A stretch of 64,000 nucleotides of DNA from assembly GCA_964016885.1 (NCBI GenBank), contig OZ024743.1:293942001-294006000 (forward strand), given 5' to 3'. This document shows positions 1 through 10,952 of this stretch, in pieces (positions within the stretch are counted from its first letter, which is position 1; each line of letters starts with the position of its first letter). The translations under genes and the position numbers were made by a program. The notes beneath the pieces are model-generated. The model was not told the origin of the DNA. It made no database searches and saw nothing but the letters and a program-made list of their open reading frames with translations. This stretch comes from Eledone cirrhosa (Eukaryota).

Positions 1-1371
1 CGATTTACCCCTTGTGCAACTAGTCATTGCATCCCGTACTTCAGCGGTTGTTATCGGCTTTTCGCAACACTCCGCCTCAGTGGCCGAAAGCCGCGGCAGT
101 CCGTCGAGGTAGACACTAAAGTCCATCCCTCGATCCGGCCCGCCACTGCCCCCGAACAGTTGAGCGAAGTGTTGCTGAAAAGCTTCACACATTTGCCCGG
201 GATCGAGTAGCATGCGCCCGTCGTGGTCCACCAAAGACCGGATCGTGGCTTTGTTGCCACGACGCGCCTCCGCCACTCGGGCCCATTGAACGGCTTTCGT
301 CCCCTCGTGTCTGAGAGCACGCACCCTAGCTCTGACAACGCAGCCTTCGTGCTTTGCATTGAAGAATTGGTCAAGGGCCAATTTCGCCGCAAGCACGTCG
401 GTCGCGATGCCTTTGCTAAGCGCCTCATCTAATTTTCTAACTAATTCTCCCTCTGCTCTATTTTTCTCTATTGCTAAAGTCTTACTAAACCTAATGGACT
501 CTATTCTAATTGCTCTTTTCAGAGCAAACCACCACTTTTTGTTGACGATGGCCCCCGTCAACGCCCGCTTAACTAGTTCGCTAATCCGGTCTCTGTAGGC
601 CTTGCGCGCTGGTAAGGACGCGTTTAACTTCCAGTAGCCGGGTCCTCGTCTATGAAGCCTATCTAAGTCAAGCACACAGATCACGAATTTGTGGTCCGTG
701 TAGCTGACTATCTTGAATTGTGGACAGCCTATGCTAGACCTATCTATTTCCCTACAAAATACTCTATCTAGATATGATCTGGATGACCCTATGCGATTTG
801 TCCAAGTCCACATGGGTACATTCGGGAAATCCATTCGGTACCTGTCAGACAGTTCAAAACGTCTGAGCAGGTTGGTGAGACTCTTGCACGCTCCTTCCCT
901 ATCCACTAATCCCACACAATCCCAGCGTGCATCTAAGATCCCGTTCCAGTCGCCCACTAACACTAAAGAGCGGGACGTTCCAAGAAAGGTCTCCAGACGC
1001 CGGAAGAAATCAGGCCGCCCTGCTCCTGTCGGGGCATAGACGGCCACTAACCTGAAAGCTTGCCCGTCTCCGCTGGTCACGTCCAGCACCACCAACTTAC
1101 CTTCTGGGTTCAGGAAGATGGCCCGTATGGCAAGATCCAAACCTCTCCGCAAAAGCACAGCAACTCCTCCCCCCGATCCCGAACGGCTGGGAGATGCGTA
1201 TACATCGTAGCCGCCGAAGATCGGTGCGAAAGCCTGTGCTTCGGAGATTCTGGTCTCGCTGATGGCCACTACATCTATGTTTAGTGACCTGAGGTCGTTG
1301 AGCAGGTGGCCCTGCTTCCATGACGACCCCAAGCCACGCGCATTTATGCTGCCCATTCTGAGTGAGGTCAT
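1..1371 (-). CDS. Tx1 ORF2 N-terminal part (APE endonuclease into RT), partial at window edge
   Basis: ATG at 1371 (MTSLRMGSINARGLGSS...). Near-identical to copy B ORF2 with no visible indel; missing from the ORF track, consistent with no stop before the window edge. Confidence 0.88.
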   Translation of the reverse strand, partial: MTSLRMGSINARGLGSSWKQGHLLNDLRSLNIDVVAISETRISEAQAFAPIFGGYDVYASPSRSGSGGGVAVLLRRGLDLAIRAIFLNPEGKLVVLDVTSGDGQAFRLVAVYAPTGAGRPDFFRRLETFLGTSRSLVLVGDWNGILDARWDCVGLVDREGACKSLTNLLRRFELSDRYRMDFPNVPMWTWTNRIGSSRSYLDRVFCREIDRSSIGCPQFKIVSYTDHKFVICVLDLDRLHRRGPGYWKLNASLPARKAYRDRISELVKRALTGAIVNKKWWFALKRAIRIESIRFSKTLAIEKNRAEGELVRKLDEALSKGIATDVLAAKLALDQFFNAKHEGCVVRARVRALRHEGTKAVQWARVAEARRGNKATIRSLVDHDGRMLLDPGQMCEAFQQHFAQLFGGSGGPDRGMDFSVYLDGLPRLSATEAECCEKPITTAEVRDAMTSCTRGKS

Positions 1372-1405
1372 GTTGAAAAGGAGTGGAAAAGATGGGAAAG
1401 ACCAC

Positions 1406-3390
1406 TTACCTTACTTCTCGTAGGGGAAGGACGGCTTTTCCATCCTTTTCACTGCTTGTGGCCTCCTCAGGAAGGATGTCCTTATAAATCCTCCTGGAGA
1501 GTGCTTGTCGGAAGTCTCCGATGTCTTTGGGGAATTTTTGTTTTAGTGTCATGTACGTTTTCTGTGTGATGCGAGTGATTTGTATGTGTGGAGGTGGTGT
1601 GAATTTTGGGGTTGTTGTGTAGTCTTTTTCTGTGATGCTGGTATTGTGTTGGATGTAGTGTAATAATTGCTTGTTGTTCAAATTTAATGCTGTGTAGTGT
1701 GTATCGTTTTGGTTGTTTTGTTTTGTTTGCGTTTGTTGTGGGTTTGTTTCTGTTTCGTATTTTGGTGACTTTTGTGGTGTAGGTGATAGTGGTGCTGGGG
1801 ATAATGATGGTGATGGTGTTGGTGTTTGGGTTGATGGGGTTGGTGATGCTGGTGTGGATGGTGGCATATCTGTCCTAACTTTTTTGTTTCTTAGTTTATT
1901 TGTTTCCCTCTGTATTTTGTTTTTGGAGGGGGAAGGAAGAGAATTTTTTCTTTTTTGGTTTCTTTTTTTTTTCCGGATATCGTTTCCCACTCCTCGTCGT
2001 CACAATCTGTCTCCAGTTGTGATAGGCCGGGGAGTGGAAAATCCTCCACAGCCGTTAGTTTTGGTTGTGGTGTGGTGGATGGTGTAGGCGCTGGTGCTTG
2101 TTCTGAAGCGTTGGGTGGTGGTGGTGTTCGTTTTGCTGGTGGTGGTAGTGGTGTTGGTTTTGCTACTGTTGCTGGGGTTGTTGCTGTTATAGTTGCTTCT
2201 GTTGTTGCTGCTACAGTTGTTGCTGCCATCTCTGCTACTGGTGGTGTTGATGGTTGTGTCACTGGGGTGGGTAGGAGAGGTGGCCTCAACCTTTTAGCCT
2301 GAGGGCAGAAAGCCCTTAGGTGGGTTCCTTCACCACAAACGACACACCTAGGTCTTCTGCCCTCGACAATTACCGTGAGGTGGCTGCCGTCAGTGAGGTC
2401 TATTACCTCTGGGATCTCCTCAATGCTTTTTTGGTCCGCTTGGATCAGGAGCTCCATCCCAGATCCGGACCAGTTTTCCTGCTTTTCTTTTGCTATTGTT
2501 ATTATTTTCGTGTTGGCCTCGATGCCGGCGATGACAGCCGCTATTAGCCAGGGAATTTCGATGGCCGGTGGAACGTGGGTCACCCTGATCTTTACGAGTC
2601 TCTGGCCACAATAGCTTGGGACGAGTGTGAAGTCGTCACTTTTTAATGGGGCCATGGAGTGTTCTCTAGCCTCCTCTGGTGTTTCAAAGAACACATCCAC
2701 GGTTCCATACTTTTGCCCACGTCTGATGTGGGTTTTTCTTGCCCACACATGTCCCAAAGCTTTTTGGATTTGGGACTCGGATGCCCGTTCCACTCGGCGC
2801 GATTTTACATTTATTGTTCTATACGACACGGTGCACAGGCGCCGATGCTCCATTTTATTAGGTGGGGGGGTGAGGCTGACCCTGTACCCATCTTTCTTTA
2901 CCATTTGTTTGGCATTTTCTAAATCTTCTTGAGTTACCGTGAACGCTTCGAATTGTTTTGCTACGATGGCGAAACTGAGGGTCGGTTTTATAATGTCATT
3001 GTTGTTGTTGTTGCTATCGTTAATATTAATTTTATTTTCAGTTGTGCTGGTGGTGACGTCAGTTGTCTTTGGTGGGGAAGAGTCCATTTTGCTTGATTTC
3101 ATTTCGACGTCACGAGTTAATTTATTTTTTTCTTCTTTTGTTTCTGTTGTCGCGGTGGTGGTGGTGGTGGTGGTTGTCGCGGTGGTGGTGGTGGTGGAGG
3201 GTTTAACACCTGCAGTCATTGGTAATGGCGGGAAATGAATGTCTGCCTGAGACAAATTTAAAATATTGCTACTGCTTATATTTTTTTTTGTGTTGGCAAA
3301 CGTAGTAACATTTACAATGGTGGTGTCGGTGTGAGGTGTTATTTTGTGAGGAAGGCTTTCAGCTGCTTCGTGCAGAGGGGAATTAGCCAT
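1406..3390 (-). CDS. Tx1 ORF1 (gag-like nucleic-acid binding protein, CCHC knuckle) of copy A, split by a frameshift in an A10 run
   Basis: ORF 1891..3390 contains CVVCGEGTHLRAFC (CX2CX4HX4C). ORF 1406..1990 supplies the C-terminus homologous to copy B (YKDILPEE vs YSDILLEE). The frame changes at the T10 run 1963-1972. Confidence 0.85.
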
Positions 3391-3599
3391 TTTTTTTCAA
3401 AGAAATTTTTGGATAATAATAAAAGTTAAAATTTTGGGCACAAGGCCCCAATCTTTTTGGGTGTCCTTTTCGGAAAACAATGTATGTGTGCTTATAAACA
3501 GTTTACAATAAAATTTTCCATAAATGGCAATTTTTAAACAAACGGAAATAACAAACCTTTGCGGAGCTCACGATAATACGATTTCCTACGTAGGTCGCC

Positions 3600-3634
<35 letters not shown>

Positions 3635-3895
3635 TTTCTTTATTAACCACAAGGGTTTACATAAAGTAGACATTAAGGACAGTGCAGGACAATGCAGGAC
3701 GGTACAAATGGGCATTTCTGCGTGTAAAAAAAACAAAAACAGAGGATGTAACAAAAATAACAATGAAAATAACAATGAAAAATTCCCCAATAGGGGGGAG
3801 ACTTCGGAGGGACATTTGTGGAGAAAGCCCAGTAAAAAGCCACAATGACCCTGACCACCAAGGCAAGTGCCCTCTCCCAGTTTTCCACCTTTAAT

Positions 3896-6800
3896 TTACA
3901 GATATATACTCAGAGTAGGCCCATTCACTCGGGCCATTCTTGCTTCTCTCACCCATCTTTCAACAAAATACTGGGAAGAGAGCACTTCCCTCTCTATTCT
4001 GATTTTCCTTTTCAAATGAAATTTGAAAAAGTCAATCAGAGCATCACCGAAGAGGTAAGTGCTCGTCTTCAGCCCTTTCAAACGTGTCCACCATACTATC
4101 TCTTTCGCCATGGCCACCAGACAGATAAAAACTGCCTGCCCTTCCCGGCTAAAGGAGGAGGGCGGGGCAATCCTCACGATGGACTCAGATGATAGCCGGA
4201 TCCGTCCTAAACGCGACAGCAGGTGTTCGACATAAACCCACAAGTCAGCAATTTTCGGACACTGGACGAGTGCGTGCAGGACGGTTTCGTCGCCCTGCGC
4301 GCATCTCGGACATGCCCGGCTGACGGCACCTCCATGCCTGTAGAGTTTATCCCGAACTGGCAAGGCTCCTCGGTAGCACTGCCAGGCCAGAGATTTCTGG
4401 AAGTTGTCCATAGGCCCCGGCCCGAAAGTTCTTCCGAAGAGATTGGCTAGTTGATTTTCGTCGACGCCTAGAGTTTCCCCAAGTACGTCGTCGCTCTTAC
4501 CCACCACTAATCCTCTATAGAACGCCGAGGTGGAGTTTCCACCGATCACATTGCCCGATTGGTCGAGGGCTGTGAGCGCCTGAAGACATTCCAGTCTCCA
4601 GGCGCTCCCTCTCGGTCTTCGCTTGACCCAGGACTGCAGCTCCGTCAAGGAAACGAGCTGGGGAAATACGTGTCTAGCAAACGGCGACCACACCTGATCA
4701 CCGTCGAGGAAGAGGTGGAGATGTCGTAGCCTGAGCGCGTACCTGCGCATCATCAGCCACGGCATGCCCAGCCCTCCACGTAGCGGGTGTTGACAACAGA
4801 TGGACCGCCTGACCATCGGAGCACGTCCCTTCCACAAAAAGCGAAAGAGCAAACGCTCCAGCGCAGTCAGGCGAGGCTTAGGACAAGGTACGACGGTCAG
4901 GCGGTAGCAGATGACAGACGCGATGTACGCGTTAGCCACCTCCGCTCGACCTTTCAGGGATAGCTTCCTCTCGGCCCATTTCTGGGTGAGAGAAGCCACC
5001 CTGCTCGTCACCTCGTCCCAGTTTTTGTCCGTCTGGAGGTCCGGACCGAACCAGACCCCTAGCAATTTAACCGGTCCGTCCGTCCAGCGTCCGACGACGC
5101 TGTTGGACGGCATGGAGCTGCCTCTCCAGGTGCCGAGCTGCAGGCCCACTGACTTTTCCTGGTTGATCATTGCTCCTGTCACCGCTTCGTATTCTCTTAG
5201 TGTAGTGCCGATCGCCTCGATGTGTTTGGCGTTCGACACCACTACGGTGACATCGTCCGCATAAGCTGACACGGATCTTCCGCATCCTAGTTCGCGCGGG
5301 ACTCCCCTCAACGTCTCCAGTTTGTGCAGTAATGGCTCGAGAGACAATACGTACAAGAGGGACGAGAGGGGACATCCTTGGCGGACCGAGCGCATGATGT
5401 TGAACGGTTCCGACAGGTGACCGTTCACTCTCACCACAGAGCAGATGTCGCTGTGCATGGCAGCGATCCAGCCTCTGAAGACGGGCCCAAAGCCAGCCGC
5501 CCTCAGGACTGCCGCTAGGTAACGATGGTCGACCCTATCGAAAGCTTTCGACTGATCTAAATTGATCAAGGACCCACCCGTGCCAGGTTCCTTAGCTACC
5601 CTCTCTATGATGTATCGCATGACGTGGAGGTTGTCGTGGATGGATCTGTCGGGAATGGCGCATGTCTGCGCCTCTCCCACCAGACCACCAACGACAAGCG
5701 CCAACCTCTTTGCTAGCACCTTGACCAAAATCTTGAACTCTGTGTTTAGCAGAGTTATGGGCCGGAAATTTTCTATGTTATCCCCCTTGTTCGGATCTTT
5801 TCTCAGCAGTGCCACCGCTCCTCGGCTCACAGAACTGGGAATTCTCCCGTTCTGTTGCCAGTTGCAGTAGACGTCCGCCAAGAGGCCTCCGAACAAGTCT
5901 GGCATCTGTACGTAAAGTTCATAGGGCAGACCATCCAAACCAGGCGATTTACCCCTTGTGCAGCCAGTCATTGCCTCCCTTACTTCAGCGGCTGTTATCG
6001 GCTTTTCGCAACACTTCGCCTCAGTGGCCGAGAGCCGCGGCAGTGCGTCGAGGTAGACACTAAAGTCCATCCCTCTACCCGGCCCACCGCTGCCCCCGAA
6101 CAGCTGAGCGAAGTGTCGCTGAAAAGCTTCACACATTTGCCCGGGATCGAGTAGCATGCGCCCGTCGTGGTCCACCAAAGACCGGATCGTGGCTTTGTTG
6201 CAACGACGCGCCTCCGCCACTCGGGCCCATTGAACGGCTTTCGTCCCCTCGTGTCTGAGAGCACGCACCCTTGCTCTGACAACGCAGCCTTCGTGCTTTG
6301 CATTGAAGAATTGGTCAAGGGCCAATTTCGCCGCAAGCACGTCGGTCGCAATGCCTTTGCTAAGCGCCTCGTCTAATTTTCTAACTAGTTCTCCCTCTGC
6401 TCTGTTATTCTCTATTGTTAAAGCCTTACTAAACCTAATCGATTCTATTCTAATCGCTCTTTTCAGAGCAAACCACCACTTGTTGTTGACGATGGCCCCC
6501 GTCAACGCCCGCTTAACTAGTTCGCTAATCCGGTCTCTGTAGGCCTTGCGCGCTGGTAAGGACGCGTTTAGCTTCCAGTAGCCGGGTCCTCGTCTATGAA
6601 GTCTATCTAAGTCAAGCACACAGATCACGAATTTGTGGTCCGTGTAGCTGACTATCTTGAATTGTGGACAGCCTATGCTAGACCTATCTATTTCCCTACA
6701 AAATACTCTATCTAGATATGATCTGGATGACCCTATGCGATTTGTCCAAGTCCGCATTGGCACATTCGGGAAATCCAATCGGTACCTGTCAGACAGTTCA

Positions 6801-7315
6801 AAACGCCTGAGCAGGTTGGTGAGGCTCTTGCACCCTCCACCCCTATCCGCTAATCCCACACAGTCCCAGCGTGCATCTAAGATCCCGTTCCAGTCGCCCA
6901 CTAACACTAAAGAGCGGGACGTTCCAAGAAAAGTCTCCAGACGCCGGAAGAAATCAGGCCGCCCTGCTCCTGTCGGGGCATAGACGGCCACTAGCCTGAA
7001 ATCTTTCCCTTCTCCGCTGGTCACGTCCAGCACCACCAGCTTACCCTCTGGGTCCAGGAAGATGGCCCGTATGGCGAGATCCAAACCTCTCCGAAAAAGC
7101 ACAGCAACTCCTCCCCCCGATCCAGGACGGCTGGGAGATGCGTACACATCGTAGCCGCCGAAGATCGGTGCGAAGGCCCGTGCTTCGGAGATTCTGGTCT
7201 CGCTGATGGCCACTACATCTATGTTTAGTGACCTGAGGTCGTTGAGCAGGTGACCCTGCTTCCATGACGACCCCAAGCCACGCGCATTTATGCTGCCTAT
7301 TCTGAGTGAGGTCAT
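3896..7315 (-). CDS. Tx1 ORF2: APE endonuclease + reverse transcriptase + C-terminal zinc finger, 1139 aa, intact
   Basis: APE motifs SINARGL, ISETR, VYAP, GDWN, YLDRVF, TDH; RT motifs KSPGLDG, FRPITLLN, DQSKAFDRV, RQGCPLS, YADD; zinc finger CPRC...ETVLHALVQC. Confidence 0.96.
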   Translation of the reverse strand: MTSLRIGSINARGLGSSWKQGHLLNDLRSLNIDVVAISETRISEARAFAPIFGGYDVYASPSRPGSGGGVAVLFRRGLDLAIRAIFLDPEGKLVVLDVTSGEGKDFRLVAVYAPTGAGRPDFFRRLETFLGTSRSLVLVGDWNGILDARWDCVGLADRGGGCKSLTNLLRRFELSDRYRLDFPNVPMRTWTNRIGSSRSYLDRVFCREIDRSSIGCPQFKIVSYTDHKFVICVLDLDRLHRRGPGYWKLNASLPARKAYRDRISELVKRALTGAIVNNKWWFALKRAIRIESIRFSKALTIENNRAEGELVRKLDEALSKGIATDVLAAKLALDQFFNAKHEGCVVRARVRALRHEGTKAVQWARVAEARRCNKATIRSLVDHDGRMLLDPGQMCEAFQRHFAQLFGGSGGPGRGMDFSVYLDALPRLSATEAKCCEKPITAAEVREAMTGCTRGKSPGLDGLPYELYVQMPDLFGGLLADVYCNWQQNGRIPSSVSRGAVALLRKDPNKGDNIENFRPITLLNTEFKILVKVLAKRLALVVGGLVGEAQTCAIPDRSIHDNLHVMRYIIERVAKEPGTGGSLINLDQSKAFDRVDHRYLAAVLRAAGFGPVFRGWIAAMHSDICSVVRVNGHLSEPFNIMRSVRQGCPLSSLLYVLSLEPLLHKLETLRGVPRELGCGRSVSAYADDVTVVVSNAKHIEAIGTTLREYEAVTGAMINQEKSVGLQLGTWRGSSMPSNSVVGRWTDGPVKLLGVWFGPDLQTDKNWDEVTSRVASLTQKWAERKLSLKGRAEVANAYIASVICYRLTVVPCPKPRLTALERLLFRFLWKGRAPMVRRSICCQHPLRGGLGMPWLMMRRYALRLRHLHLFLDGDQVWSPFARHVFPQLVSLTELQSWVKRRPRGSAWRLECLQALTALDQSGNVIGGNSTSAFYRGLVVGKSDDVLGETLGVDENQLANLFGRTFGPGPMDNFQKSLAWQCYRGALPVRDKLYRHGGAVSRACPRCAQGDETVLHALVQCPKIADLWVYVEHLLSRLGRIRLSSESIVRIAPPSSFSREGQAVFICLVAMAKEIVWWTRLKGLKTSTYLFGDALIDFFKFHLKRKIRIEREVLSSQYFVERWVREARMARVNGPTLSIYL

Positions 7316-7317
7316 GT

Positions 7318-9369
7318 TTAAAATAGAGTGGAAAAGATGGGAAAGACCACAGACCGTACTTTTGGTAGAGGAGGGATGGTTTTTACATCCCTTTTCACTT
7401 GATCGTCTGGTGAAGGGACCGTTGAATCGTCCCTTCGGCTGGTCGTCGGCTCTTCTAAGAGAATGTCTGAATATACTCTTCGATTGATGGTTCCTCCTAG
7501 GTCCCTGAAATCACCAACTGCGTTGGGGAATTTCGTTTTAATGTTTGTGTATTGTTTCTGTGCTATTTTTAGCAGTCTTATGTTAGTTGGCGTTTTGATT
7601 GGTGCTGGTATTATGTAGTCCTGTTGTGAAATGTCTGTGTGTTCAATTTTGTAAGTCATTAGTTTCTTGTTGTGTGTATTTATTGCCGTGCATTTGTTTT
7701 TCTGGGGGTGGGGTGTGGTTCTGCTATTTTCTTGTCGTTGTTGCTGGGTGTGTGTGTTTTGTTGTTGTGTTTGCGATGTTGGTGCTTGTGGTGGTGGTGT
7801 TGAAGGTGTTGTTGGCGGTGGGGTTGTCGCCGGTGGTGATGGTGGTGCTAGTGTGGGTGGTGATGGTGTTGGTGGTGTTGCTGCTGTGGGTCTCTTTGCA
7901 GTAGACTTTACCCTTTTCTCATTTCTTTCCTCCCTTTTCAAAGGCGACGATGCGCTGCTTCTGCGTTTGTGCCTTCTTACGACCTTTTGCCATCCCTCTC
8001 CCACCTTACACTCCATGTCTGATTCTGTGAGGTCGGGGAGGGGTACCAGCTCCACTCTTTCACTTGTTGTTGTTGGTGATGTTTGCACTGGAGTCTCTGT
8101 TGCAGCTGCATTTGGTATTGCTGTTGTTGTTGTTAATATTTCCACTGCTGCTGCTGTTTTTGATTTCCGTGGCGTGGGTATGGGTGCCACGGACCTATCG
8201 TTCCTGGTTGCCGCTTGTCCTGTTGCTGGTAGCCGTGGAGCCGGATTCGGAAGGAGGGGGGTTTTCTCCTTTCTCAGGGTCTTCTCGTTGCAGAAGGCCC
8301 TGAGGTGAGTCTTCGATCCACAGCGAAAGCATTTCGGGCGTTTGCCCTCAACACTTATGGGCAGTTGAGTGCCGTTATCGAAGTCTATCACATCCGGGAT
8401 AGCTTCGATGCACTCCTGGTTGGTTTGGATTAGCATCTCAATGGAGGTGCCGACCCAATCTTCTCTTACTTTTTTCTGTACTTGCAGTACAGTTGTTTTG
8501 TCCTCGATTCCGACGAGGACAGACGCGGCCAGCCAAGAAGGGGCCATTCCGGGTGGGACGTGGGTTAGTTTGACCCTCACAATTTTTTGCCCGCAGTAGG
8601 AGGGCACCAACACCATTTCCTCGCTCCTTAGGGTCACTACGGATTGGGCCTTTGCCTCCTGGGGTGTGGCAAAAAGTACGTCTACGGTGGCATATTTTTT
8701 GCCTCGGGTGATGTGCGTTTTCCACTGCCACACAGACCCCAAGGCTTTTTGTATTTGGGCCTCTGTGGCTCTTTCCACCCTACGGGATTTTGTACTTACT
8801 GTACGGTACGTGACCGTACAGTGCTGTTGGGTTTCGAAAAATGTTTCCGCTGCCTTGCAGATTGCTCGGTGTCCATTCTTTGTCACCATCTTCTTCGCTT
8901 CCTCTAATTCCTCATTTGTTATGAGGATTGTTTCCAAGTTTTTCGCAATACCTGCAAATGAGATTGGTTTTTCGTTGCTGCTGTTGTTGTTGTTGTCGTC
9001 AGAGCTGCTGTTACTTTTGTTGTTGCTGCAGGTACTACGACTACTGCCTTCGCCGCTGTTGCTGTGGTTGTTGTTGGTGTTGCTGCTGCTAATGCTGTTG
9101 TTGTTTATGCTGCTGGTGAAGCTGTTGCGGCTGCTACTGTTGTTTTCATTGTCACTGTTGCTGTTGTTATTACGGCTGCTACTGCTATTATTCCTGACGT
9201 CAGACGAATGAACTGGGTTTTCGTATTTCCCGCACACCTGTTTCGTCGCTGTCGTCGTCGTCGTGGAGAAACATTGCATGCTTTGCACGAGACTTTTCTT
9301 TTCTTTCGTCACTTGCGAAAGAGAAGGGAGGGAGAGAGACACATTTAAAGAAGGGAGGGAGAGAGTCAA
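7318..9369 (-). CDS. Tx1 ORF1 of copy B, up to 683 aa, CCHC knuckle, low-complexity N/S and P/T tracts
   Basis: CFRCGSKTHLRAFC knuckle; stop codon 2 nt before the ORF2 ATG (TAA-AC-ATG). True start codon uncertain. Confidence 0.9.
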   Translation of the reverse strand: MTLSLPSLNVSLSLPSLSQVTKEKKSLVQSMQCFSTTTTTATKQVCGKYENPVHSSDVRNNSSSSRNNNSNSDNENNSSSRNSFTSSINNNSISSSNTNNNHSNSGEGSSRSTCSNNKSNSSSDDNNNNSSNEKPISFAGIAKNLETILITNEELEEAKKMVTKNGHRAICKAAETFFETQQHCTVTYRTVSTKSRRVERATEAQIQKALGSVWQWKTHITRGKKYATVDVLFATPQEAKAQSVVTLRSEEMVLVPSYCGQKIVRVKLTHVPPGMAPSWLAASVLVGIEDKTTVLQVQKKVREDWVGTSIEMLIQTNQECIEAIPDVIDFDNGTQLPISVEGKRPKCFRCGSKTHLRAFCNEKTLRKEKTPLLPNPAPRLPATGQAATRNDRSVAPIPTPRKSKTAAAVEILTTTTAIPNAAATETPVQTSPTTTSERVELVPLPDLTESDMECKVGEGWQKVVRRHKRRSSASSPLKREERNEKRVKSTAKRPTAATPPTPSPPTLAPPSPPATTPPPTTPSTPPPQAPTSQTQQQNTHTQQQRQENSRTTPHPQKNKCTAINTHNKKLMTYKIEHTDISQQDYIIPAPIKTPTNIRLLKIAQKQYTNIKTKFPNAVGDFRDLGGTINRRVYSDILLEEPTTSRRDDSTVPSPDDQVKRDVKTIPPLPKVRSVVFPIFSTLF

Positions 9370-9651
9370 TTCTTTTTCGTAGCCATGTTGTTTTTTTTGT
9401 TTGAAATAAATATTGGGTACAAACCCCCAATAAGCAGTTATTTAACCCCGAAGGGCCAAATAACGGGCAGAAAGACCCCTCTCACGAGGAGGAGGGTGTT
9501 TTTGTCTACAAGTTGGTCTAAGTTTTAAACAATTTACAATTGTTAAAGCGTTCAAAATTTACAGTACCTTACAGAGCCGAGCCTCCGTCAACCATAGCAT
9601 TCAATAATAATAATAATAATAATAATAAAATTAAAAAAAATAATAAAAAAA

Positions 9652-10904
9652 ATAAAAAAATGAAGAAATTGATAAGAACTGAATACACACGGAGAGTAAG
9701 GAGCGTATTAAAGTCACATCTGAACAGTAGGAATGCCATAATTCCCGAGCTGTGTCTATTATTAGGTATATTGCGGGAATTCTGAGATAGAATGTTGCTG
9801 AACAAAAAGAAATGGATAGGAAGACTAGAAAGCTATTGACTATCTACAACATGTTCCACAAGAGGAGTGATGTCAATAGACTCTACTTAAGGAGATCTGA
9901 AGGTGGAAGAGGTCTTATCAGCATAGAGGACTGTGTTCAGATGGAGAAAAACAACCTACACAAATACGTGACTGATAGTAAGGAGCCAATGCTCAGAACT
10001 GTACTGAAGGAGAGGACAATAGACCAGGGGATGTCCAAGGAGAAAATAACAACAAGGAGAAAGAGCAGCCTTCAGGAAAAATCCCTTCATAGTACCTTCT
10101 TTGAGAAAACTGAATTCAGAGAACCACAGACATGGAACTGGTTGAAAAGAGGAGACCTTAAAAAGGCTACAGAAGGAATGTTAATGGCTGCGCAAGAGCA
10201 GGCCCTCAAAACGAAGTGGTTGAAACACCATATTTACAAGGAGGATGCTAGCCCACTGTGCAGGATCTGTGGAGAGAGAGAGGAGACTGTGGCTCATATT
10301 GTATCCGAGTGTAAACACCTAGCCCAGACTCACTATAAGGGCTGGAGACATGATGTGATGGACAGGGTGATCCACTGACACCTATGCAAAGTAAACAATT
10401 TACCACATTCTGAGAAGTGGTATGAGCATAAGCCAGAGTCGGTGATAGAAAACGATCAGGTGAATGTGCTGTGGGATTTTAGGATACAGACGGACAAGAA
10501 ACTGGAACACAATAGACCTGACCTGGTGGTTGTGGACAAAGAAAAAAGATCGTGCCTGATTGTGGATGTGGCCTGCCCATTCGACACGAGAGTGCAAGAG
10601 AAGGAGAGGGAGAAAATTAACCGATACCAGGACTTAAAGTGGGAGGTAAAAAGGATTTGGAACTGCCACGAAGTCAAAGTGGTCCCGATTGTCATAGGCG
10701 CACTAGGTACTATCTCAAAAAGATTCCAGGGATGGTTAAAGAAAATTGGCCCCTTCACGCTTTTTGGAACGCTTCAAAAGGCATGCTTGCTGGGAACAGC
10801 AAGAACCCTCCGATACGTACTGAATATCTGAGGCTGCAGGTAGTGGCTTGATATTCATTTCAACAAACATTCCAGTTAACTAACATCAATGACTGAGACT
10901 CAAA

Positions 10905-10907
<3 letters not shown>
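9652..10907 (+). mobile_element. R4/Dong-type RLE non-LTR retrotransposon, 5'-truncated copy 1 (pseudogenised)
   Basis: CCHC CRICGEREETVAHIVSEC, RHD motif, and PD-(D/E)xK endonuclease LWDFRIQTD...RPDLVVVD...IVDVACPFD...EKINRY. ORF ends 10831; short 3' UTR then (TAA)n at 10905-10952; internal stop. Confidence 0.9.

Positions 10908-10952
<45 letters not shown>

Larger units (their letters stand above)
1..3599 (-). mobile_element. Tx1/L1-clade non-LTR retrotransposon, copy A (5' UTR, ORF1 and first 457 codons of ORF2; runs off the left edge)
   Basis: 1-1371 is collinear with 5945-7315 of copy B (constant offset 5944). The 5' end starts right after the microsatellite at 3600-3632. Confidence 0.92.
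3633..9602 (-). mobile_element. Full-length Tx1/L1-clade element, copy B (~5.97 kb), potentially active
   Basis: 5' UTR, ORF1, ORF2 and 3' UTR ending AATAAA-GAAATCA-(TTA)n on the element strand; (TAA)n on both flanks. Confidence 0.95.

Noticed and set aside
51-9430. Antisense and alternate-frame ORFs over the Tx1 copies, several repeated in both copies
   Set aside because: Shadows of ORF1/ORF2; the repetition reflects DNA identity of the copies.
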